40,364 bases of DNA from a virus (Duplodnaviria; Heunggongvirae; Uroviricota; Caudoviricetes). The stretch's first letter is position 1. Each line of letters starts with the position of its first letter. The translations under genes and the position numbers were made by a program. Shown in pieces: positions 9,958 through 19,401 of this stretch. The notes under the pieces were generated by a model. The model saw nothing but the letters and a program-made list of their open reading frames with translations, searched no databases and was not told the DNA's origin. The stretch spans positions 1 to 40,364 of the IMG/VR virus record IMGVR_UViG_2563366860_000007. One strand, given 5' to 3'.

Positions 9958-12900
9958 TCAGCATTCCTCCGTCACGTCGCATGGACAGCATCACCGCCTG
10001 CACCCGCTGGTCAATCAGCTGCACAAGACTGCCTGCCGCCTCCGGCCCTATCTGTCCGTTAGCCCCGTCATTCTGAATGGCGATGTGGTAGACCGGGGAA
10101 TACACCAGACCGGCACTGCCGTTCATACTGCCCACCGCGCGTACGCCCAGCGAGCCATCCGCCGCCCGGGTCAGGGGCATAATGGCTTCAGGTCCGGCTT
10201 CCCCCATCAGCCCGGCCCCTTTTGCAAACGCAAAGTACGTGGGCGTGTCCACAATGCTGTTGCTGTACGCACTCAGATTTGCCGATGTGTAAACACCACC
10301 TTTTGCGTTTGCCACTGCCCCCGAAATCCATCCGCCGACCGTACCAAGCCACCCTCCGGCACCGGAGAGTGATTTCAGTCCGTTAACAATGGCTGCATTC
10401 ATCAGAATTTTTGAAACTTCCCGGAGAACTGAACTCCCCCAGTTCCTCCAGTCCACAACATTCCCGGCCAGTGCATCGGAAATATTTGATACCAGCCCGT
10501 CCATCGTGGAAACGACAGCATCTGCCGCCTGCGAAGCATAATCGGTGGCACTGTCTGCCCAGTTCGTCAGCCCCTCTTTGAGCCCGGCATTCCAGTTACT
10601 GCGTAAAGCATCAGCCTTTGCATAATAATCCTGCTGATCGCTGAGACGCTCTTCCAGATATTTTTTATTCAGCTCTTTCTCCTGTTTCCACAGGGCTTCT
10701 TCAATTTCTCCGGCCTGATACTGTCTCAGTAGCTCGTTATTTTTCTGCTCAAACTCCTGCCGGATGCTCCACATTTCCTGAAGTCGTTCACGCATCCGTG
10801 AGCCTTCACCATATCCCAGTAACTGAGCCTCATTTGATGCTCTGACACTGGCATTACTGTCCGCCAGACTGCTCTCATACGCAGCAAGCTGCTCACGAAT
10901 CTTTTTCTGGTCGATAAGTGCTGCATTCTGCAAAAGCGTTTTTTTCTGCGCTTCTGACAGGGTTGATAATTCGCCCTGACTGACCTGATATTTCATCTTA
11001 GCCAGTTCAGTATTCTGCCCTGCCAGTGCTATCTGTTCTTTTTGCTGTTTAATCAGCCGTTTATAAATATCCTCTGTTTTTTCCGCTTCGGTCTTTTTAT
11101 GCGCTTTGGGTTTATTTGCCTGGTTATTTCGCCATGCATCCAGTGAGTTATTTATATAATTCAGTCTTGCTGTCTGATACGCCTCTCCCACAAAGCCGAG
11201 ATCATCCGCAGCATAACCCAGGCGGGCACGCTCACGAGCTTCCCCCTTCAGGCGGGACAGAGCCAGTTCGCGCTCGCTGTTATTCAGTGCGGTCTGCTGT
11301 TTATCATCCAGGGTTGCCTGTGGTAGCCGTAACGGTACATTCACCAGCCCCTGTCGCTGCTGAAGTAATTCATTACCGAGCCCGAGAAGGCGATTAAACT
11401 CGGTATGCTGCCCATTCATGATCAACAGGGACTGATACGCTTTGTTTTGTTCCGCTGCCTGTTGACGGATCAACGCCACCCGTCGCTCCTCCAGCCCGGC
11501 AAGCACATCCTGAATGGATTGCGCTTTGCCCTGCATTTGAGTGAGGCGAGACTGTTCAACTGCCAGTTGATTTGTTGCTTCTGCAAGCCCTTCTGTGACA
11601 GTTTTTACCGACGTCATGTGGTTAATCATAAAACCGTTATCGGTTGTCCAGCCCGGGTTTGCCAGCACATACTGATAGCCAGCAATTTTTTCCTGTAAGG
11701 ATTTAATCTTACTTTTCTGCTCGTCAATTAACCTGTTTTGCTCCTTCAGTGCCTGTCGCGTCTTTTCCTCATTATCTGACGCTTCAGGAAGCGACATTGC
11801 CGACGTTTTCTGGCGAATTTCGTCGATTGTTGCGGCATACTGGCGTGCAGATTCTCTGGCCTGCTCCTGATTCTGATACATCGTGTACCAGGCCGCAGCC
11901 CCCAGCATGACGAGTCCCGGCACACCACCAACCAGCCCCAGCGCGCCACTTAATAAACGACTCCCCACTGACGTAACATTATTCAGCGTTGTCTGTGCCG
12001 CTGTTCTGGCCGCAATATTACGGGTAAGTGACACCTGGGCAGCTGTCAGCTTCGCTTCTGCTGCGGCCTGCCTTTCGGTACCGCGAGCAGCAACAACCGC
12101 CTGTTGCGCACGATAAACCGCCGCACGCGCCCTGGCGGTTGCTATCTGTGTCCCCCGAAGTTGCACTTCAGCAAGAGCCACTTCGTTTCTGGCTGCAGTA
12201 ATTAATCCGGCAGTTGCAGATCCAGCAGACGACGCCATATTGCCAAAATATCGGGCTACCCCGACGGCAACCAGAGCACCGGCAGCGGTTGCCACGGTGT
12301 CAATATTGCCTGCAATACCATTCAGCACACCGGAGAGCGTCTTCGTCACTCCGCTTGCCTCGTTCGCACCACCAACCCAGGCCATAAAGGCGTTTTCAAC
12401 TTTGGTTGCAGAGGATGAAACCGTATCAGGCATTGCCGCATATTCATCACGTAATGCCCCAAGCTGACTAATCAGTGCAGGAACAACCTTATCGGCGGTC
12501 AACTTTCCGTTATCCGCCATGGCCTTCAGATCCTTACGGGCAACTCCCATTCCCGCAGCCAGAGCACGAATAACACGATCGCCGTTCTCATTCACCGAGT
12601 TAAACTCTTCACCGCGCAGCACTCCCTGCGCCAGAGCCTGACTGAACTGCGTGATCACCGAACTGGCTTCTGCTGTACTGGCACCGGATAATTTCAGGCC
12701 CGTGGAGATCGCCTCGGTGACTTTCAGTACCTCCTCAGAACTGTAACCATACTCCCGCATGGAAGCTGCAGAGCGGGCAAAAAGGCTGGCGTTATCAGAA
12801 AAAGCCGTCCCCGTTCTCTGGCTGATCGCCATTAATTCACGCTGTGATGACTGAAAATCATCACTGGACTGTGAGGCCTGCTTCAGACGGGCATTTACTG

Positions 12901-13183
12901 AATTCCACTCATCGGCGAGAGAAATAAGATGACCGGTAGCAAAAGCCCCGGCAAATGCCCCCGCCATGTTCAGTGCCGAAGATTTAGCTGTATTTATCTG
13001 ATCCGTCACTTCTGCCAGTGCACGCCGCATTTCACGGGATGCAGCAGCGGACTGTCGGCCTCCGTTCTGCATGGTACGGTAGTAATCCTGCCCCATACGC
13101 GAAGCCCGGGAGATCTCTGACTGGAATGACCGGGAATTTGCCGAGATTTTAATAATCAGTTCACGTAATGTCGCCACACTCAT
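9950..13183 (-). CDS. H: Tail tape measure protein H (1077 aa)
   Basis: Long alpha-helical, Ala/Gln-rich protein with lambda-family tape-measure N-terminus, located between the G/GT and M genes. Confidence 0.9.
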   Translation of the reverse strand: MSVATLRELIIKISANSRSFQSEISRASRMGQDYYRTMQNGGRQSAAASREMRRALAEVTDQINTAKSSALNMAGAFAGAFATGHLISLADEWNSVNARLKQASQSSDDFQSSQRELMAISQRTGTAFSDNASLFARSAASMREYGYSSEEVLKVTEAISTGLKLSGASTAEASSVITQFSQALAQGVLRGEEFNSVNENGDRVIRALAAGMGVARKDLKAMADNGKLTADKVVPALISQLGALRDEYAAMPDTVSSSATKVENAFMAWVGGANEASGVTKTLSGVLNGIAGNIDTVATAAGALVAVGVARYFGNMASSAGSATAGLITAARNEVALAEVQLRGTQIATARARAAVYRAQQAVVAARGTERQAAAEAKLTAAQVSLTRNIAARTAAQTTLNNVTSVGSRLLSGALGLVGGVPGLVMLGAAAWYTMYQNQEQARESARQYAATIDEIRQKTSAMSLPEASDNEEKTRQALKEQNRLIDEQKSKIKSLQEKIAGYQYVLANPGWTTDNGFMINHMTSVKTVTEGLAEATNQLAVEQSRLTQMQGKAQSIQDVLAGLEERRVALIRQQAAEQNKAYQSLLIMNGQHTEFNRLLGLGNELLQQRQGLVNVPLRLPQATLDDKQQTALNNSERELALSRLKGEARERARLGYAADDLGFVGEAYQTARLNYINNSLDAWRNNQANKPKAHKKTEAEKTEDIYKRLIKQQKEQIALAGQNTELAKMKYQVSQGELSTLSEAQKKTLLQNAALIDQKKIREQLAAYESSLADSNASVRASNEAQLLGYGEGSRMRERLQEMWSIRQEFEQKNNELLRQYQAGEIEEALWKQEKELNKKYLEERLSDQQDYYAKADALRSNWNAGLKEGLTNWADSATDYASQAADAVVSTMDGLVSNISDALAGNVVDWRNWGSSVLREVSKILMNAAIVNGLKSLSGAGGWLGTVGGWISGAVANAKGGVYTSANLSAYSNSIVDTPTYFAFAKGAGLMGEAGPEAIMPLTRAADGSLGVRAVGSMNGSAGLVYSPVYHIAIQNDGANGQIGPEAAGSLVQLIDQRVQAVMLSMRRDGGMLSG

Positions 13184-13193
13184 TCTCCGGACG

Positions 13194-13215
13194 AAAAAAA
13201 ACCGCCGAAGCGGTT
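13194..13215 (-). terminator. Possible partial terminator between the GT and H genes
   Basis: Plus strand AAAAAAAA then ACCGCCGAAGCGGT; stem then U-run on the minus strand. Confidence 0.35.
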
Positions 13216-13223
13216 ATGTTGAC

Positions 13224-13514
13224 TCACTGAGACACTATTAAAAGCGCGTTTTCCAGTCCGGCAAATGGATCTGAGACGCCTTCTGTCTGCTCCTGCTCCC
13301 ACTGAAGAAGCGCATCATTCAGTGGCACTTTGACCCCCTGCGCACCGTAAACAGCTGAAACAATCTGGGCAGCCCGGATATCAGCCCGCTCGTCACCCAG
13401 CGGGCTGAACCTGTCAAATTCTGCCCACATCATGATTTCTGATGCGGACATTTCCCGGCGTAACTCTGACAATGTGCGCCCCATCCTGAGCGCCAGCATC
13501 ATCAGAAAACGCAT
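13224..13514 (-). CDS. T: T-frame segment of the tail assembly chaperone GT (made only as a G-T fusion by -1 frameshift)
   Basis: This ORF is in the -1 frame relative to G and begins right at the slippery site at the G 3' end; same arrangement as lambda G/GT. Confidence 0.7.
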   Translation of the reverse strand: MRFLMMLALRMGRTLSELRREMSASEIMMWAEFDRFSPLGDERADIRAAQIVSAVYGAQGVKVPLNDALLQWEQEQTEGVSDPFAGLENALLIVSQ

Positions 13515-13525
13515 CCCCGGAAGCG

Positions 13526-13540
13526 CTACTTTTTTTTAAC
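13526..13540 (-). promoter_or_regulatory. Programmed -1 ribosomal frameshift slippery site (G to GT)
   Basis: Minus-strand mRNA reads GTT AAA AAA AAG TAG at the end of G (plus strand CTACTTTTTTTTAAC); the A-run sits immediately before the G stop and the T frame continues in -1. Confidence 0.65.
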
Positions 13541-13912
13541 CTCGCCGGCATCACTGATCAGTTCCAGAGACTGCCGAAGAAGCCGCGCATGCACCGGGCC
13601 ATACACGGCAATCACCTGTTCACGATCATCCTCTGAAAATACGGGTTGCAGTCCGGTATCACACAGAACATCAATGAACAGTTCAACATCTGCCTCCAGA
13701 TTTCGGCGGGCGCGCTCCGCAACGGATAACGGTGTCTCATCATCTTTTGCTTTAACGATCTCCTGCCAGCGCAACCAGGCTTCTGCAGAAGGTTCCCGTA
13801 ACACAACCGTTGCTCCCTCCCATTCAGGCACATCAACGGTTTTATGGCGAAACCCCGACATCGTTGCCAGTGCCAGATTACGGATATTTTTAGTCATCAC
13901 ATCCATCCTCAT
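13526..13912 (-). CDS. G: Tail assembly chaperone G
   Basis: 128 aa acidic protein ending ...AGEVKKK directly upstream of the T frame; its start overlaps the V stop. Confidence 0.75.
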   Translation of the reverse strand: MRMDVMTKNIRNLALATMSGFRHKTVDVPEWEGATVVLREPSAEAWLRWQEIVKAKDDETPLSVAERARRNLEADVELFIDVLCDTGLQPVFSEDDREQVIAVYGPVHARLLRQSLELISDAGEVKKK

Positions 13913-14616
13913 TAACTGACGGTTACAGTGCAGGAAGTGGAGGTCACTTTGTTAACCGGGCTCGCTGAATCAGAAATCTCGCAGGTATACGCACCCGCAT
14001 CACCGGATGATGCTGATGCCTTACTGAACGTTGCCGCCGTCTGTCCGGAAACAGGAGAACCACCTTTCTTCCAGACATAAGAATAAGGCGGCACACCACC
14101 CGCAGCCTCAACCGCCATTTCAAGTTTCGCTCCGGAAGCAACCCGCAGCGTGCTTTTTAAATTGGCCTTCACTTTCAGCGGCTCTGTCGTCAGCACAGGT
14201 TTACCTTTCAGACGCAGGGAAAACGTTGCAGCCACAACACCATTGGTTCCTGCAGACCAGGTATGCTGACGCACCTCTGCCATAAAGGTAAATCCGTTGC
14301 CTGACGGAAAAATAACTTTAAAGCCATACGTGGTGTCATTGTCATAGGCACTGCGCAACGCGTTCTGGGCAGCATTCAGATAAAAGTTGCCTGACATGGA
14401 AATCTCTGAAGCAGCCACAAGGCCGTTAATATTTTCCTGCTCAACAGAACACAGCGTGGTGACATCAATATCCTGCTTTTGTCCTGCGGTAAACTGCACC
14501 TCTTTGATTGTACAGCTCAGGCCAAGATAGCTGGCAGAATCCAGGGTTTCTGCTGTTACCGGTGCAGACGAAATCATAATTTTCGTCAGTTGCGAACGCT
14601 CAAAATTAGAGGACAT
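13912..14616 (-). CDS. V: Major tail protein V with C-terminal Ig-like domain
   Basis: ATG at 14614-14616 (MSSNFERSQL...) preceded by CAGGAGACGAGT; C-terminal region resembles a Big_2-type Ig-like domain as in lambda gpV. Confidence 0.8.
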   Translation of the reverse strand: MSSNFERSQLTKIMISSAPVTAETLDSASYLGLSCTIKEVQFTAGQKQDIDVTTLCSVEQENINGLVAASEISMSGNFYLNAAQNALRSAYDNDTTYGFKVIFPSGNGFTFMAEVRQHTWSAGTNGVVAATFSLRLKGKPVLTTEPLKVKANLKSTLRVASGAKLEMAVEAAGGVPPYSYVWKKGGSPVSGQTAATFSKASASSGDAGAYTCEISDSASPVNKVTSTSCTVTVS

Positions 14617-14633
14617 ACTCGTCTCCTGAAAAT

Positions 14634-14655
14634 AAAAAAACCCGCCAGCGGCGGG
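14634..14655 (-). terminator. Hairpin plus U-run immediately upstream of V (possible attenuator or terminator)
   Basis: Plus strand AAAAAAA then CCCGCCAGCGGCGGG; lies between the upstream tail-terminator gene stop and the V ribosome-binding site. Confidence 0.35.
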
Positions 14656-14675
14656 TGGGTAAATCATTAACGACC

Positions 14676-15020
14676 TCAGGCTATTACCTGAAATTCAAGC
14701 GTGGCTCTGCTCAGACGGGAGTCAGGATCATACCCCTGCGTTTTAGAAATAACGGAGGGTGCCAGTTTTCTTACCGCATCAAGCGCCTGCTCACGAATAT
14801 TATCTGCGTCATCAAGTACTGTCGCCCAGACATCGATCTGCACGGTAATTCTGGATTCAGCCTGCCCATCAAGCACATCAGATGCCGTGTCAGACACCAC
14901 AGAAAACACCAGCCACGGCGGAGATACCGCAGGCTTTCCCTCCGTCAGCGGGACCACATAAGGATAAACCTGTCCTCCGGCCAGCTGAGACAACAGGGAA
15001 TACAGTGTGCCCTCCCTCAT
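14676..15020 (-). CDS. Tail terminator / tail completion protein (gpU analogue)
   Basis: 114 aa in the position of lambda U, immediately upstream of V; family assignment by position only. Confidence 0.55.
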   Translation of the reverse strand: MREGTLYSLLSQLAGGQVYPYVVPLTEGKPAVSPPWLVFSVVSDTASDVLDGQAESRITVQIDVWATVLDDADNIREQALDAVRKLAPSVISKTQGYDPDSRLSRATLEFQVIA

Positions 15021-15466
15021 TTACTTAAGACCTCATCAATAGCCTGATTCATTCGCTGTATGGCAACCTGCGCCGCCAGCTCCTCTGTCGTATCGAAAGC
15101 CGGACGAATGAATGGATGCGCGGGCATGTTTATCGTTCCCAGCTCCACAAAGCGCCAGTAAAATGCATTTCGGGGATCGCTGGCTTTCATGCTGTTATCA
15201 CTGTTTCCGGTTCGCAGGTTCCGTCCGCGAATGTGGACACCCGAGATAATTTCCCCCCGACGCTTTGAACGCTGAGTGAGAACAACCACATTTTTCTTCA
15301 GTTTCCCGGTTCGCTCCGGCGCACGTTCAACAACTGCATCCCGCATAACTTCAGCACCGGCACGGGTGGCATCGCGCAGAACCTTATTGTTTTCTGCCCT
15401 GCTGAGCGCCTCCAAATCCCGTGCAATATCCGCCAGGCCGGAAAAATCAAGACTGAAATCCATCAC
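15017..15466 (-). CDS. Tail component, HK97 gp10-like (gpZ analogue)
   Basis: 149 aa (MMDFSLDFSGLADIARDLEAL...) in head-tail joining position; start overlaps the upstream gene stop. Confidence 0.6.
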   Translation of the reverse strand: MMDFSLDFSGLADIARDLEALSRAENNKVLRDATRAGAEVMRDAVVERAPERTGKLKKNVVVLTQRSKRRGEIISGVHIRGRNLRTGNSDNSMKASDPRNAFYWRFVELGTINMPAHPFIRPAFDTTEELAAQVAIQRMNQAIDEVLSK

Positions 15467-15801
15467 ACATTTCCCTTCAGGCTGCAGAGCATTTCAAGCC
15501 GGGTAGCGCGTGCATCCGGTATTGGTGGACCTTCTATACCCAGAATCGCGCCTTTGAATGCACCGGTCAGCACTTTCAGACGTGAAGTCGCTGTCACATC
15601 GCGCCGGAATCTCATCCAGACTCTGACCGTAGCCTGAGCGGTTTCTGCTCCGCCTGAGATTATCTCCCTCCCGCTGATACCCTTAACTTCTGCCCATACG
15701 GTAGCTCCCTCCGTCACCGTCTCCACCGGATGCCCTGACGGAGAGCGGGCGGTGGTGACATTCAGAATAATTACGCGATCACGTAATCTGCCCGCCTGCA
15801 T
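15463..15801 (-). CDS. Head closure / head-tail adaptor protein
   Basis: 112 aa; typical position and size between connector and tail-completion genes in HK97-like modules. Confidence 0.6.
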   Translation of the reverse strand: MQAGRLRDRVIILNVTTARSPSGHPVETVTEGATVWAEVKGISGREIISGGAETAQATVRVWMRFRRDVTATSRLKVLTGAFKGAILGIEGPPIPDARATRLEMLCSLKGNV

Positions 15802-15809
15802 GTCTCCTC

Positions 15810-16127
15810 CTACAAAGGAATAAAACGATAAGGCTCCAGAAGAGAAGAAAAACCAAACGGGACTGGTGCCTTGCTGACATCTGAGGAATTTTCCCGGTTT
15901 TCGTACCAGTGCCCGACCAGCAACATGAGCGCCAGCAAAACATCATCAGCTATAAGCACCCCTTCAGGATCACCTTCCGGCACCGTCTCCTCATAAAGCT
16001 TACGGTTGATAAAATTTTCTGCCTTGCGGCAGGCAGCCCGGAAATACAGCATCAGTAACTCATCATCAGTTGCATCATCTGTATCAATACGGCACTGCGC
16101 CCTGAGTTTTTCCACTATTGCTGCCAT
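15810..16127 (-). CDS. Head-tail connector protein (gp6-like)
   Basis: ATG at 16125-16127 (MAAIVEKLRAQ...) preceded by GGAG; the longer track ORF would run through the terminator after the capsid gene. Confidence 0.6.
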   Translation of the reverse strand: MAAIVEKLRAQCRIDTDDATDDELLMLYFRAACRKAENFINRKLYEETVPEGDPEGVLIADDVLLALMLLVGHWYENRENSSDVSKAPVPFGFSSLLEPYRFIPL

Positions 16128-16160
16128 CAGAAACTCCTGCCCGCAACACTGTGCGGGCAT

Positions 16161-16183
16161 AAAAAAACCGCGTCGGCGCGGTC
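16161..16183 (-). terminator. Rho-independent terminator after the major capsid gene
   Basis: Plus strand AAAAAAA then CCGCGTCGGCGCGG; perfect hairpin then U-run on the minus strand, directly downstream of the capsid stop at 16204. Confidence 0.55.
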
Positions 16184-16203
16184 TGTAACTGAACAACGAG
16201 TGG

Positions 16204-17421
16204 TTATTTGCCAGTGAGCGCCTTGATGGCTGCCACATCTTCCAGCACACAGTCAAAACGATGGAAAGCCAGAAATGCCACCTGATCAAACTCAGCATAA
16301 CGCTCAACCAGACGTTTCAGTTCCATATAAGTAACGCGGCGAATGATAAAGCGGTTGAAATCCCCCAGGAAAATGAATTTTTTTCCGGTACCAATCCCGT
16401 CAATAGCCTGATCAATAACATAAGGGATCCCCAGCACAGTAGCCGGCGTACCGCCTGCAATATCCGGCAGCCATAACGGGCGTTTCTGTCCATCCTCCAT
16501 CTCTTCAATAGTCTGCAATGTGGCATCATTGAATGCCCAGCGGTATTTCGGCCCACCACGATATGCCGGATCAATGGCATGTTTCAGGGCATTCATTTCT
16601 TTCCAGGTGAAAGCGGCAGAGGCTGCAGTCTGGATGGTTCCCGTCACCGACGCTGCCAGCCCTTTTGGCTGTAACGGTGATCCCGTTCCGGTCCCCTGAA
16701 CCAGATATTTTGCCTCTCCACGACCAATACGCTGGGCAATACGGTTTGCCAGATAAGATTCAATATCCACCCCACTGTCATGGAGCAGCTCATTGGACAC
16801 ACGAATTATTTTTGATGACAGCTTTTTAGCCCCCAGAATAGCGGTCCCGAACGTCACATCCTGTTCCGTTGCGGCTGTATTTTCCGCCAGCAGTTCGCCC
16901 TCTTCAGTCGTGCCATCAGACGTTGACCAGGTGATATCCTGCCCGGTTGATGTGGTCAGAAGTTGCGCCACACTGGCAATCCCGCCATAAGCCTTCATGG
17001 TGTCAATGATTTTGTTACGCATCTGCGTGGGCACCGTATATCCGCCCTGAGAATCCGTTGTTACACTCTGAGCCCGCAGTTCACGCATCAGATTACGCTC
17101 TTCAGCATTCAGTTCTGCAAATCCGGCACGCAGAAAACGGTTAAATGCCGCAGCGCGCTTCTCTTCCACCGCCTTTTTCCCGTTCTCCGCCTCATTATTC
17201 TGGCGCTCTTCCGGCCCGGACTCATCCACATATGCCTGATCCTGACGGCGCAACTCTTCTTCACGGGCGATTTGCTCATCCAGCGCATCCAGCTCAGCTT
17301 TCGCCCTGTTCCACTCTGCCCGTTGCTCATCAGTCCATGCGTTATCACCAATTTTTTCATGCAGTGCACGCATATCCTTTGCAATGGTGTTTCGTTTTTG
17401 CTTCATCTCATGAAGTTTCAT
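16204..17421 (-). CDS. Major capsid protein, HK97 family (with N-terminal scaffolding delta domain)
   Basis: 405 aa; coiled-coil Glu/Arg-rich N-terminus followed by a capsid fold region; sits after the prohead protease as in HK97. Confidence 0.9.
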   Translation of the reverse strand: MKLHEMKQKRNTIAKDMRALHEKIGDNAWTDEQRAEWNRAKAELDALDEQIAREEELRRQDQAYVDESGPEERQNNEAENGKKAVEEKRAAAFNRFLRAGFAELNAEERNLMRELRAQSVTTDSQGGYTVPTQMRNKIIDTMKAYGGIASVAQLLTTSTGQDITWSTSDGTTEEGELLAENTAATEQDVTFGTAILGAKKLSSKIIRVSNELLHDSGVDIESYLANRIAQRIGRGEAKYLVQGTGTGSPLQPKGLAASVTGTIQTAASAAFTWKEMNALKHAIDPAYRGGPKYRWAFNDATLQTIEEMEDGQKRPLWLPDIAGGTPATVLGIPYVIDQAIDGIGTGKKFIFLGDFNRFIIRRVTYMELKRLVERYAEFDQVAFLAFHRFDCVLEDVAAIKALTGK

Positions 17422-17435
17422 CGTCAGTAGTATCC

Positions 17436-18035
17436 TTATGCATTAAGAAGGGTCAAAAGACGCTCACGCGCCATTCGTTCGTTAACAGCTTTCTTCAGCG
17501 CACCACTCGCCCGCGCTTCCTGCCAGGCTTTCATTGAGCGGACACCAGAGTCTGCGTCCTGATAGGCCGGATATGTCACCGGGCTGACGTCATACAGACG
17601 AGAAATGCGCGTGATTTCCCGGATAACAATCCCCTCGTCGTCTTCATACCAGCTCTCTCCGTCACGGGCGACACGAAACGCGAACGAGGACTGATTAATG
17701 TCACCACGCAACATTGGAGACAGCACCAGGTCACAAATAGTCGGAGTATCCGGTGCAACAATGTCATAACGTAAACCGCGTTCATCCACCGACAATGACA
17801 ACGTGCCGGCAGAACTTCGTCCGAGAATGAAATTAGGATCATGATTAAACAAGCCACGTACATCATCATTCAGTACATCATCAAAAGCCCCCGGCTTGAT
17901 GATTTCACGAAATCCCCACAGAGGTTCTGAACGACTGTTAAATACCGAGCCATAGCCCAGAATGTGGGTCGGGGCATTATCATATTGTTCCGCCCGCACC
18001 TCCCCGCTGTAACAGCGCGTTTCACGGTCATTCAT
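17436..18035 (-). CDS. Prohead protease, HK97 family
   Basis: 199 aa; located between the portal and major capsid genes; sequence consistent with recalled HK97 gp4-type proteases. Confidence 0.85.
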   Translation of the reverse strand: MNDRETRCYSGEVRAEQYDNAPTHILGYGSVFNSRSEPLWGFREIIKPGAFDDVLNDDVRGLFNHDPNFILGRSSAGTLSLSVDERGLRYDIVAPDTPTICDLVLSPMLRGDINQSSFAFRVARDGESWYEDDEGIVIREITRISRLYDVSPVTYPAYQDADSGVRSMKAWQEARASGALKKAVNERMARERLLTLLNA

Positions 18036-19254
18036 CGTTCTTTTCCTCTTTGCCTTTCGTATCTTTAAAGTTATTCAACGGATTTGCTGCATTTACGCTG
18101 ACCAGCATTTCATCCAGACCGTCAACCGGGTTCATATCCTCAAATGCCCTGGCTTCATTCCGACTCATCCAGCCATCTGTAATGGCAAAGTGATAGAACT
18201 GCGCACGCTCCTGTGGGGTCCCACGGAGCAACCCCGTGAGGTTGAAACGAACGTAATACCCGGCAGCCCGTTCTGTACGGGTAAACAGGCGACGGTTAAG
18301 CTCCTGCTCCCAGTTCGCAACCCAGGGCATCATCGTGTAGCGAACAAACTGAATCGCCTGCTGCGTAATATTCGAAAATGTGGCTTTTTCCAGGTCATTA
18401 ATCATGTGCGCCGGGACATTAAAAATCCCGGCAATCATCGACCGGTTCAGCTTGGTCATATCAATGATCTGAGCATCCACCGGAGAAACTGTCAGAGCGC
18501 GGTAATCCAGTTGCGCAGGCAGCAACATGGTTTTATTTTCCTGGCTGCGAAGCGCTGTCACCGCCCGCTGCCACATATTTTTAAGCCTGCCCCAGCTTTG
18601 TTCGTTCAGTTCATTTTTCACAGAAATAATACCGGCAGGACGGGCATTACCGTTAAAAAAGGCGCTGGTATACTGCTGGCCACTCATTCCCATACCAATG
18701 GTTTCAGCATGCTGCATGATCGGGCTCAGTCCCATTTTCTGATTGTTTCCCAGCGCCCTGATATGGATCATGTCGTCCGGACTTACCGCAAATGCACCCT
18801 CTTCGTTATACACCCCGTAAGTATGACGCCCACCGGTGTTAAGTAACGTAGTTTCCCATGGCATACAGCATTCAAGGCTGGTAACCTCTCCACGACGATT
18901 ACGTTTTACCCACGTATAACCATTGCCCCACCCCAGCACATGACGCTGCTTCAGTTCCCGCCACTTATAGCTGGTCTGCCAGGCATTCGGTTCATCATGA
19001 ACGAGCCAGAACAACGGATGATCGCGTGCAGGCTGAACATGCTCATTCGTTTTTCGCATCACATGCAGGGGCATCTGAGCCACACTGGATGAAATAACAT
19101 AAATACAGGCATAGACAGCAGCCAGCTTCATGGATGTTTCCGGACTGACATACACATCCCGGGCAAAAATATTATCCGTCTCAGCGGCCTCTCCGGTTAC
19201 CGGAACCGAGGGATTTTCCAGAGGCTCACTGCGAAACAGAGCATCAAGAAGCAT
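18028..19254 (-). CDS. Portal protein, HK97 family
   Basis: 408 aa in the position between large terminase and protease; acidic C-terminus. Confidence 0.9.
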   Translation of the reverse strand: MLLDALFRSEPLENPSVPVTGEAAETDNIFARDVYVSPETSMKLAAVYACIYVISSSVAQMPLHVMRKTNEHVQPARDHPLFWLVHDEPNAWQTSYKWRELKQRHVLGWGNGYTWVKRNRRGEVTSLECCMPWETTLLNTGGRHTYGVYNEEGAFAVSPDDMIHIRALGNNQKMGLSPIMQHAETIGMGMSGQQYTSAFFNGNARPAGIISVKNELNEQSWGRLKNMWQRAVTALRSQENKTMLLPAQLDYRALTVSPVDAQIIDMTKLNRSMIAGIFNVPAHMINDLEKATFSNITQQAIQFVRYTMMPWVANWEQELNRRLFTRTERAAGYYVRFNLTGLLRGTPQERAQFYHFAITDGWMSRNEARAFEDMNPVDGLDEMLVSVNAANPLNNFKDTKGKEEKNDE

Positions 19255-19401
19255 GTTTTCTCCTCATGGACACCACCAGTGCATAAAGCAGCAACAAACA
19301 GCCCGACAGCATCAGAGACGCTGGCAGACCTGCATACAGATAAACGCCAGCAGTGAGCAAACCGAAACCGATCAGCCCGGTCATATCAGTAATAAGCTGT
19401 T

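Noticed and set aside
18190-18846. 218-aa plus-strand ORF
   Set aside because: Antisense to the portal gene.
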